Source: Sminthopsis crassicaudata (taxonomy: Eukaryota). Taken from it: a DNA stretch of 64,000 bases. The notes beneath the pieces are model-generated. The model was not told the DNA's origin. It did no database searches and was given only the letters and a program-made list of their open reading frames with translations. Position 1 is the first letter of the stretch. Every line of letters starts with the position of its first letter. Below, one piece after another: positions 24,901 to 37,100 of the stretch. A program made the translations under genes and the position numbers. The stretch is from positions 16,497,607-16,561,606 of the forward strand of contig NC_133617.1 in the NCBI RefSeq assembly GCF_048593235.1, given 5' to 3'.

Positions 24901-27900
24901 TAACAGTTAAAAATGACACCTAGATTTTGAACATAAGTGACTGGGAGGATATCAGTGTCCTTAACTGAACTAACTTAAGGAAGTTAGGAAGGGGGAGTTA
25001 GGGAGGAAGCACACTTAATATAAGGTGAGTATGCCTCTTTGTAGTGGCATGAAACTGGAAACTGGGTGGATACCATGCCCATCAGTTGGAGAATGGCTGA
25101 ATAAATTGTGGTTTATGAATGTTATGGGATATTATTGTTCTTTAAGAAATGACCAGCAGGATGATTTCAGAAAGGCCTGGAGAGACTTACATGAACTGAT
25201 GCTAAGCATTGACCCTGAAGTCAGGAGGACCGGAATTCAAATTTGACCTCAGACACTTAACACTTCCTAGCTGTGTGATCCTGGGCAAGTCACTTAACCC
25301 CAATTGCCTCAGGAAAAAAAAAAAAAAAAAAAAAAAACCTGATGCTAAGTGAAATAAGCAGAACCAGGAGATACATGGCAACAAGACTATATGATGATCA
25401 ATTCTGATGGACATGGCTCTTTTCAACAATGAGAGGTTTGAAACCAGTCCTAATTGTTTAATGATGAAGAGAGCCATCTACATCCAGAGAGAGAACTGTG
25501 GGAACTGAGTATGGTTCACAACATAGCATTTTCACTGTTTTTGTTGTTGCTTGCATTTTATTTTTCTTCTTTTTTTTTTTTAACTGATTTGATTTTTCTT
25601 GTGGGGCATGATAACTGAATAAATATGTATGCATATATTGGATTAACATATTACATTATTTATATATATATACATATATATATATATAGTAACTATGGGA
25701 CATCCAGTTCAAAATATCCAATGAGGAGTTAGAATGGGATTGGCAAAGGGAATCTGAAAGTGCAGTAGAGGTTAATGCTAGATATGTAGATATAAGAATC
25801 AGGATAGCGCTATGGGAAAACACACAATTATTAGCAGGTATAACCCAAATAAACATTTAACAAAGGAGACAGAGAATCAGGGAAAAAGTAGTATCATAAA
25901 AATCTAAAAAAGAAGAGAATTTCAAGGAAAAGAGAGGAACACAACATCAAAGGCTGCAGAGAAGTCAAGGACTAGGACTGAGAAAAGGCTATTAAATTTG
26001 GCAATTAAGAGATCATTTCAAACTTTAAAATGAGAAATTTCATCAGATGAATAACGAAGCCAAAAGGTGTCACATCACCAAACAACAACAACTTGTTTTC
26101 TATTTGTTACTTACTTAATGCTGCAATTCGTAAAGGTACAAGTGATGGAAGACTTTTATAACATGGCAGCTTCATTAAGGCAACATCTTCAGCCTCACAC
26201 AAATTCAACAGCTGAAAAACAAAGATAAAATATTAATTTATACTGGTGAGCCTAAGAAGACTTTTATAATAGCCTTGCAAACAACTACCTAAACTAGTAT
26301 TCTAATATTACACTTCAATCACAATGATAAATCAGTCATTAGTTCAATCAAAAAGCAATTATTTTCAGTAAAATCAAACACAAATTCCAGATATCATATC
26401 AAGATATTAAAATATTACTATGCTTCTTTGTTCTAAGATTAAAGCCTCAACAAGCAATTTATTCTGATACTGAAGTAAACTTAACCATAAATATACATCA
26501 TTTTTGTTCATGTTATTCTCCCTTCAAAGGACAGGCCTCTCAATTCCTTCCTGCCTATTTAAATTAGCTCATTCTTCGATTATCTACTGTTCGTTCAAGT
26601 TGTACCTATAATAAAGTCTTCTCTGACAATTCTGGTGTATAAACTGACCTAATGCAACCTTCTTGAAACTTCTATGGTTTCAATTTTATTCATGTTTTGT
26701 ATCAGTCTGTGGTTTTTTTTATGAATGTCTTGTCTCTTCAAGATGATAAGCTCCTTGGTGATATCGTCTATATCTTAAAATACTCTTAAATCCCACAATA
26801 CATAAATATATTAAAAAATACTTTTCCAAGCCACATAATCAGAAACATGATCCCTTGCCAACATTCAAAGTATCATATCTAGACAAACTCTTTACCTTAA
26901 CTATTGCTGTTTAGTATATTACTACACACCAGTTTAAGAAAACGAAACAACTTCAAGCACACCATGAAATAGCAAAAGTTCTTCTATACCTCTGTATAGA
27001 AAACCTTGTGTTCTACCACATTAAGATCCATTGTAAATAGTCTGGGCTGTAAAGTTGTACAAAATGTATTTCCTTCCATCAGGCCAATCTGGGCATTTGC
27101 AGGTTGATGTCTAAGTAAATGTTTTTTAGGTGGAACCATATCTTGAAGGACCTACCAAAATGCAAAGGAGAAAGTATAAATAGCAAATTAACACTTTAAA
27201 AGAAATAAATTCCTAGGTTTCAAATGATTAAATTTTGAATGAAATGAAAACCTAAAAAGTTTTTATCAGAATATATTTTTCATCTAACCTAAAGAACACC
27301 AGATATGATTAATACTACAAATTCAGCATGTGCCTCCAACATAGTCAATCTACAAATTTTAAACTGTAAATTTTCTCTTTATGCTTCTCCTTCTTTTGAT
27401 CTTCTTTTTCCCTGTCTATCTACATATGTATTTGAACACCTTTTCTCCCCTTCCTTAGTTTAACTCTTAGTTTAAGTAAATATACTTTCCACATCTTTTT
27501 AAAAGAACATTTCCTTTATTTTTCTTGTCTCTCCTAGTCTATTTTGAATTCTGGTCTTCAAATCATGGTATTTCTCTACTTTGAAGCCTCAAATTTACCA
27601 ACTTTTATCATCCCAGAAATCTTTTCTACTTGGCATAGTTACCTATCCAAAGAAATGCAAAGATAGAAATGCTACTAAGAAATTTACATGAAATTATACA
27701 ATCAAAAATAGTATTTCAAATTACTACATTTCACAATTAAACAAAAATAACTTAGAAAAATTTTATGCATGTTGTCCTGTTTTCAATGAAAAACGTCTCA
27801 CCTCTTTATGAGGTTCCATAATCACAGTCACACTTTTTCCAGTAACCTGGGCCAGCACCTGAAGTGAATGCATAGCTTGTTTTCTTACAGTAGAATTTGG

Positions 27901-30900
27901 AGAGGTGACTTCTCGAACTAAATCATGTGTTACATGATGGAAAGACTTTTCCTGAGCTGATAGAATCTCTTCAGATTTTTCCTCATCTTTCAAAGGAGTT
28001 GCACATCTTATTAATAGCTGCTCCAAGGTTGTCTTTGCCATAGCAACTGCTCCATTGGAAACCTAAGAATCCATGAACAAATTTGAATCAGAGATATTTT
28101 GATTTAAATGTATTAATACAGTCATATCTTACCAAAAAAAACAAAACAAAACAAAACAATTCTACTAAATACCAAACTAGTTAAAATTTGTTTTTGCACT
28201 TATCTATAGAATACCAAAATCTTTATTAAAAATCGCTATCATTGAGAACCATGCCCAAATACTAATTTGGTGAATAAAACTACTTCACAACTCCAATAAC
28301 AAAATTCTCTGGAATGGAATCTTGTTATGAGGGGTTCCTAAGTTTATATATAAATTGTGTGGTTCAATACAGCATGTGTTTAGAAAATATAATCTCACCA
28401 TTTTTCTGAAGCTATATTTTCTAAACACTTGTATTCCTGAACTTCATCTGTTTTGTCTATATGCTAGCTTATGAACCACTCTCTTATAATTCAATTTAAA
28501 TCAAACTTGTAAAACACATGTGCTTTCTAAATATTTGACACCATGCTAGGTACTAAATACACAAAAATACACAAAATCAAATACAAAGGGAGGTTTATTA
28601 ACTAGACAATGGCTGAACAAACTATGGAAAAGAGGAGTATCAACTGTAAGAAAAAAGATCAGTCAGGGGAATCATTATTGAGAGAAAAAGATATGGGACA
28701 GTCATCATGTAGAGTGTGGTAAGGCATACATGGGATTTAAATAAACATCTCTAAAAGCTGAGGGTGGAGTTGAGGCTACCAGGAATCAAAGTTTCATTAC
28801 TTTGTCTAGAAGCAGCTGGCTGCTCCAGAAGAGGAATGTTCAAGGAGAGAGCAAAAGTTGCACAAGGTTACAGTTTAGCTTTAGCAGTGCAGGAACTAAT
28901 CAAGGTAGCAAGGAAACAAAAGACTAAAAGGTAGAGCAAAGGCCAATATCCAATTTACTACCCACAGAGGCAAAGTAGTAGGGGCAGGGGGAGGAATAAA
29001 AGGCTCAGATTAAGGGAAAAGACAAGGTAACAGAGAAGAAAGGGAATGAGAGAGCAAAAAGAAGAGAGAGAGAATTTCCAAGACAATGTAATAGATTTGG
29101 AACAGCTTCAAGTTATGGGAAAGGTCTAAGATATGAGGATCATAATAGGTGGATGACACTGTATGGAAATAAAAATGTGAGGAGTTGAGGAATTAAAAAA
29201 ATGATAATGGCAGAATATAAACTCATGTAAACTTCCTATTTTTACCTTTATATTCCTTGTGCTTACTAAGTAAGCAGGGGCTTAATAAAGGTTGATATTG
29301 ATTTGACAGAACTCTATTCTTGTATTCTTATCCATTCCCTTGAGCCCTGGATTATATAAATATTTAGTCTTTACAAATTCTATTAAGTTCAAATCCAGTG
29401 GCCTTCACATTCCTTTATTTACTAATAGCTACGTTCTCATCTACACTGCCTTTTACTTGAAAATCTTGGACCATGAAACATTCAAGTAATGGTGCTTGGT
29501 AAATAAGATGCAAATTTTATCTACATACCTATCTATCTATCCAACTAAAATTTACACACAGAGTAAATTTTCTGCTCTATTTTATTCATAAATGGCCAAG
29601 AACACTGTCCTCAAAACGGCATATTCAGTTTTGGGGCTAACAATTGTACTTTTGATTTTTTAATATACTTTGACAATTAGATAACACCAATTGGTAAAAA
29701 CTGCAAAAAGTTGACTATTAAAACTAAAAAAAGAAAATCTCTGAATCAAAACAAATGAATTATATGAATAGTACACTAACACTATACAGTACTCAGTTAC
29801 TATATAAAAATCAAAAGTACAAGTTGAAATCATCCATACATTAAATACCTCTCCAGTCAAGTCCATCATCACAAAAAGAAGTGCTTTAAGGAAAGTCTGT
29901 TGGTTTTGGAGGACCCAGATGAGAGGCAGTCGTTCCATGAGGAATTTAATAGACACCACACCCCCTAGTTTTGCATACCAAGCTTGTTCATAACAGCAAG
30001 CACACAAACGTTCCACAATGTAAGAAAAGAGTGGAAGTTGACAAGCCTAAAAAAGGGAGAAAACATCACAAATAAAAACTCTGTGAGAGTCGGCCAAATA
30101 TAAAATATTTAACGTCTTTACAAATGCACAGAGACCAAAAGTAGAGTAAATTTCACAAACAGTATACTTACCCTTTCTTTTGAACCCAGTATGATACTTG
30201 CTACATCAAATATCACAGCTAGAGCTACCTCCCCTATTTTACAAAGTTCCTTCTCCTCATATGCCATACAAATGGCTATCGCATCAATAAGCACCAAAGG
30301 ATCCATTCCCTTTGATCCATTTTCTTCACTGTGAAACATGGCTGTACTGGGTTGACTTCCCACCTGGTAGCACTGCAGCAAAAAAGGACCTAAAGTGAGG
30401 TTGTAAGGAAATGAAGAGATAAATGACGGATTTTTTTTAAAAAATAAAAATGACCAAAAATAAAACCCAACAGAATTTTATGGCTTTTATAATAGCAGAT
30501 ATCTATACAGCACTTTCCACATTTTTAATCTCACTAGAGTTTCTGAAGAAAAAAAAAAATCCTAGAGACATTTTTAAATTTCAAGTGAAGTTGAGACATG
30601 GCAAAGTTAAGTGATTTTGTTCAGTCACATAGCCATCAAGAATTAAAGAAAGGATCAGAAGTTGAGTCTTGTTAACTACAAGCCCAACATCACTGTATCA
30701 CACACACTACTAAATCCCTTTAATTCATCTAAGTCATGATCCTGTAAACTGTATAATCTTCAAGTTACAGTCATGAAAATTCAGGATTGATACAATGAAG
30801 TCTAATTCCTTTAAACTGTATAACAAAAATTACATACAAACCACATGGGATAGTCTTTTAAGTGTTTTTCATTATATACCATGCCACTATCATCTCTAAT

Positions 30901-31016
30901 CAAAGCTGTTAAATTTTCAATAATAATTCTTAAGTGACCAATAAAAATAGTAGCTATAAAAATTTTAAAAGTCACATTGTAAAAACAACTAATTTCTATG
31001 TTTGGGTCTTTTTTGT

Positions 31017-31047
<31 letters not shown>

Positions 31048-34000
31048 TTATCATAAGAGAATATATTCAGTTATTATGAACACTAACACCTACTACACTT
31101 GCACTAAAAACACCCAGTATCAAGTGCCTTCAATGTACTCAGCATAGTGCCAACGCAGTATTAAGGATGGGGTTTTCTGACCAGACCTCTGATTTTCTTC
31201 AATGTAGACAACTTCTAAGGAAGCACTTCCTCTACTAACATAGATTGGCACTTTCTATGCAACCAACTGGATTAAAAAGCTGCCAGGAAAACTAGGTGGA
31301 TGCCCATCAATTGGAGAATGGCTGAATAAATTATTGTATATGAATGTTATGGAATATTATTGTTCTGTAAGAAATGACCAACAGGATGATTTCAGAAAGG
31401 CCTGGAGAGACTTACATGAACTGATGCTGAGTGAAATGAGCAGAACTAGAGATCATTATATACTTCAACAACAATACCATATGATCAATTCTGATGGACG
31501 AGGCCATCTTCAACAATGAGATGAACCAAATCAGTTCCAATAGAGTAGTAATGAACTGGACCAGCTACACCCAGCGAAGGAACTCTGGGAGTTGACTATG
31601 AACCACTACATAAAATTCCCAATCCCTCTATTTTTGTCTGCCTGCATTTCTGATTTCCTTCACAGGCTAATTGTACACTATCTCAAAGTTCTATTCTTTT
31701 TGTACAGCAAAATAACTGTATGGACATGTATACATATACTGTATTTAACTTATACTTTAACATATTTAACATATTGGTCAACCTGCCATCTGGGAAGGGG
31801 TGGAGGGAAGGAGAAGAAAAGTTGGAACAGAAGGTTTTGCAAGAGTCAATGCTGAAAAATTATCCATGTATATATCTTGTAAATAAAAAGATATTAAAAA
31901 AAAAAAAAAAAAGCTGCCAGGAGCTTGTTACACAGTCAATACATGTCAGAATCAGGATTGGAATTCATGTTTTCCTTACTCCTAGGCCAGCTCTTTACTG
32001 ATGCTAGTGTGTCAAACTTAAATAGAAATGGGACCACAAAAAGGTACATACAGATCCCTGAAGATTACATACTAACTTAGAAACCAGAGTCTATTGTATT
32101 TTTCTTTATTTTGTTAAATATTTTCTGATTATGTTTAAATATTACTAAAGTGCCAATTATTATATAGCTGCAGTTTAAGAATAATAGTACCTAACACAAC
32201 TTTCAAAAAAAACTCAATTACATCATTTACAGTAAATTCAAATGTGACATACTGCACTTACCACACTGTTGGGCTACTGCTACCATAGTATAATGACGAA
32301 TTAAGCTGGCTACAAAAGGTAGAGCACTAGGCCGAAGATCCTTAATGACAGCAGACATGAATGCTCCAGTCAATGCCTGTTCAAAAGTTTTACGGGCTGG
32401 AGTATCTTGTGCTTTGTATCGATGTGAAATAATTACACTGGGTATGGACTTCTCTGTAAAGCTAAAAGACAAAATTATATCTATTATCATAACCCTGGAC
32501 AATGGTGCTAGTGGTTCAACTGTGACCACTGTAGGCTTCACTTACAACCTGATCTACCTTAATTCTTGTTCAGTAACACTGACTCGGCTCATTTACTCCA
32601 CTTAAATTTTAGCAAATCCTGGTCTCAAACAAGATAGGTGGTTCAATTTCACCATGAACATTTACAGTCAATAGTTCAAGAGAGGACAACTATATTTTCA
32701 TATACAACCTATACAGCCAACAAAATAGAAAGCCACAGTGGCATTTTCAATATTTTATAATTATTTTCTATTTTAAAAGATATTTTTTTTTTGTGTGAGT
32801 ACTAAAATGTTATTAAACAAATAAACTTCAAATATCAAATGAACTCAATGCTCAGAGTTAATATACATTTGTTACAAACTGAACCAAAAAAATTTTCATA
32901 CTACAGTAATAAGAAAATCACAACAAAAAAAGAAATAATTATATAAACAAGTTTTATGAGATTTTTCAAAATCCTAAAAAGTATGGCTTAGCCCTGCCTA
33001 ATTTTCTGCTTATAATGCCTGAAATATGCTTTTTATAATGAAAAATTTTCACCATAGTATTAAAAAAATCAGTGATTTTAATATAAAAATGACACAAATT
33101 TTTTCTATGAAGTTTTTTTCCTCTTCCTATTTGGAAATTATACCCATCATTAAGCCCTTTTTCATCCCTTATTCCACCCTACATGAGTAATACAAAATTT
33201 CTATGAAGACTAAAAATGCTTTCTTAAGCTTCAGTTGTTATATACTGCTACTATAGAACTCATGTTTCCAATTACTATGAGAAGAAATGCATTGTTCTGA
33301 AGATAAAAATAAACAATTCTACGACCAGCTAAAAAAAAGTTTCTCCATGATTTTAAGAAAAGCAAATAAAACATGACAATGAAATCAAATTATTTGAAAA
33401 TCAAGAATTATTTCTATTATACTAAAAGCCATATGTGTGATTTATTAAACAACAACATAGAATGGATCTCACTATAAAGAATTCTTAATCTGTAAAGTGA
33501 GTTCTTAGATATCACACAGAAGGATCCAGTTATCAAAAAGAGATAACTCTTTTATATCATAATATGCTCTCACCCATAATATAGTTCCATAGTTATGGGC
33601 CCTGAAGGCATGGTAGAGCAAGATTCCCCTATACCACATCATTCCATTTTAAAATTTTTAAATGAAAGCAATATATGGTCCAATGTGAGTGCAATGGAAT
33701 CCCATCGTTCAGAATGTTTCACATAATTATTCAGAGTCTATAATTACATTAAATTTTTTGAGAATAGCACTTATAGCTCACATTAAGCTTTTCTTCAATT
33801 AAATAATAAATGACTCCAGCCAGCCACTGTGTAAAAACATACATACGCAGAAGACAATTTGTTCATGGCATCATTTACATGTCACCTAAACCTGAAATGT
33901 TAGTGTTACCTTTGACTTCTTGTTATCATACAGACTGACTAATACCTACATGTGTTACTAGGTTAAAAAGGTCACTTTATAAACTGAAGTTTTGCTCAAT

Positions 34001-34094
34001 ACTGGATTAGGAAATAACCCCAAGATGTCTTCTTTACCACTAATTTCTAAAGAAAATAGATAGAAAGATATATCCATAGATAGATATGTATAGA

Positions 34095-34165
<71 letters not shown>

Positions 34166-37100
34166 CACTCCACTCGATAATCTGAAATTACAAACATACT
34201 TTGGATGTGCAAGAAGCTGATATAAGGCATGTTTATTATCATCCAAATTCATCATGGCCACCAAGAAGCATTTTATTACTTCCCACGCTTGCCTCCGATA
34301 GTATGGTTCTGTGTTTGCACTTTTTAGGCAGTCCAAAGCAGTTTCAATCGCCTACAATTTAAAAAACAAAAGGCTTCTGACATATGTACATATGTGTATA
34401 TATAATATTGAAGAGCATTTTACTAAAAGCTTTACAATATCTATCTACAATATCTTTAAAATATCTAAATAACAACATTCGCCTAGTGGAGCAACCAAGC
34501 CCAATACAGAACAATAAAGTAGAATCACATGAAATCTGTTAAAAAAAAAAAAAATTCTAAAGAGAAGGAAAATATATGTGAAAGTATTTTACCATTCAAT
34601 TGATTATAAAAAAAGGGGCAGCTAGGTGGTGCAGTGGATAGAGAACCAGCCTTGAATTCAGGAGACCCCAGTTCAAATCTGGTCTCAGACACTTAACACT
34701 TCCTAGCTGTGTGACCCTAAGCAAGTCACTTAACCCCAGCCTCAGAAAAAAAATAAAAGAACAATTGATTATAAAATGAAATTCAAGTATTTGTGCCCAA
34801 ATAGTTAATGAGATTATTCAATTCAAATGTTCTTTGAATTACAAAGATATGAATATTTTCCTCTTTGGAAAAAAGAATTTTTTAATTGTTAGATTAATTA
34901 AGATCTATCAAAGTCCCAATGGAAAAAACAAGTAAGCTTTTTTCAAACTAGTAAAGCAGAATTGTTTTTACCAAGAAGTAAAAGATGAATTTCTTAAGTT
35001 TTGTTATATTTCCAATTTTTTTTTTAAATTGTTTTTCTAACACCTATGAGCTACAACATAAATAGATGTTTTTAACCTATTAATTATATCTACAAAAAAG
35101 TAAAACAAATAATGTGGAATTCTTTAAACCTTTTAATAATAGTTTCAAACTAGATTAATTATTTGATCAACAATAATCACTAAACAGTTTAAATTACTAT
35201 TAAGAGACTAATTTAAAGTTTAATTATAATAAAGTGGGAATTACATCAAAGCACATTGTGAATTTGGGATTTCTGAACATTCTGCTAAATTAGCAATATC
35301 AGCAAATTATTAAAGCTATTATTCCTAACTTTAAGAACATATTCCTTATCAATATTTGAATTTGTAATATTTATTATTTTAAAGTGTTTTCTGGCATTAA
35401 TTTATTTTAATGAATGATTTTTAAAAAACCATTTCAAGAATGAGAATTAGTGACATATTTTTTTTTTAATATTTTAATAGTTTATTTACCAGATATATGC
35501 ATGGGTAATTTTACAGCATTGACAATTGCCAAACCTTTTGTTCTAATTTTTCCTCCCCTTTTCCCTTCCAGATGGCAGGTTAAGTAATACATGTTAAAGA
35601 TGTTAAGAGTATTAATTAAATACAATATATGTATACATGAGTGACAGATTTTTATAAATATATTCTTTAGTGCTGAGAACAATTACCCATAATGGGCAAA
35701 CAAGAAAATGAGGAAGAATTAAGAGTAACATCAACATGAGAATATACTGTAAGAAACCCTGAATACGATTAACACAGAAGCATGAACAATATAAGCAAAA
35801 TTATATAAAAGCACTATAACACAAACTGTGCATACCCTTTGACCCAGCAGTGTTACTACTGGGCTTATATCCCAAAGAGATCTTAAAGAAGGGAAAGGGA
35901 CCTGTATGTGCAAGAATGTTTATGGCAGCCCTCTTTGTGGTGACCAGAAACTGGAAACTATGTGGATGCCCATCAATTGGAGAATGGCTGAACAAATTGT
36001 GGTATATGAATATTATTGTTCTGTAAGAAATGACCAACAGGATGATTTCAGAAAGGCCTGGAGAGACTTACATGAACTGATGCTGAGTGAAATGAGCAGG
36101 ACCAGGAGATCCTTATATACTTCAACAACAATACTATACGATGATCAATTCTGATGGATGTGGCCCTCTCCAACAATGAGATGAACCAAATCAATCCCAA
36201 TAGAGCAGTAATGAACTGAACCAGCTACAACTAGTGAAAGAACTCTGGGAGATGACTATAAACCACTACATAGAATTCCCAATCCCTCTATTTTGCCCAC
36301 CTGCATTTTGGATTTCCTTCTCAGACTAACTGTACACTATTTCAAAGTCCAATTCTTTTTGTACAGCAAAAGAACTGTTTGGACATGTATACATATATTG
36401 TACTTAATTTATACTTTAAATATTTAAGATGTATTGGTCAACCTGCCATGGGGGGAGGAAGGAAGGGAAAAATTAGAAGAAAAGGTTTGGCCATTGTCAA
36501 TGTTGTAAAATTACCCATGCAAATCTGGTAAATAAAAACTATTAATAAAAAAATAAATTTTAAAAAAAATTTTTAAATTTTTTTTAAAAAGCACGCACTA
36601 TATGTAAGTGGAAAGAATAACAAAAAAAATCTATGAAATTATAATAACTAAACGACCCCAAAGACCAAATTTCAGAAAGCCTCTCTCCCTTACTTCTTTG
36701 CAGAGCTGGTAATATCTATGTAAGAACCACAGAAGTGAATATTGTATATAATAATATGTAGCAAATATAATTTTTTGACATATATTAGTTTTGCTGAACT
36801 TTTTCATTTTTGTTAAAATACATATTATAAGGCATAATTTTTTGGAAGGGATTAATTTGAGGGATTCTGTAAGAAATAAAAGTGGGGTAAAAACAAAAAA
36901 CATTCATAAAAATGTATTGTTTTTTAAAAAAGCAAACAGTGATTTGGTAGTTATTTTTAGCTATAAGGCCTCACACTTTTAATCTCTACCTCATGACGGT
37001 TGGCTTATTACTGTACAGCCATGAAACATTTGAGGTTCTAAAGCTTTTAGTTTTAAGAAAATTGAGGAACCTAGTTAAATAACAACAGAAGATTCAACTT

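Larger units (their letters stand above)
24130..26040 (-). mobile_element. L2 LINE remnant interrupted by L1 and SINE
   Basis: L2-like segments (ggttttaaatgccaaag, gatctttgtttttaggaacatcactttgg, gaaaaggctattaaatttggcaattaagagatcatt); approximate. Confidence 0.6.

Noticed and set aside
30980-31060. UG repeat on the gene strand as a possible SCARNA28-like G.U-stem C/D scaRNA (TRRAP hosts one in human, as I recall in intron 2)
   Set aside because: No proper C box and D box pair with terminal stem around the repeat; intron 2 lies outside this window. Treated as a plain microsatellite.
32538-32560. cag|GTT|gtaagt or tag|ATCAGGTT|gtaagt microexon-like string upstream of exon 23
   Set aside because: No polypyrimidine tract before either AG.
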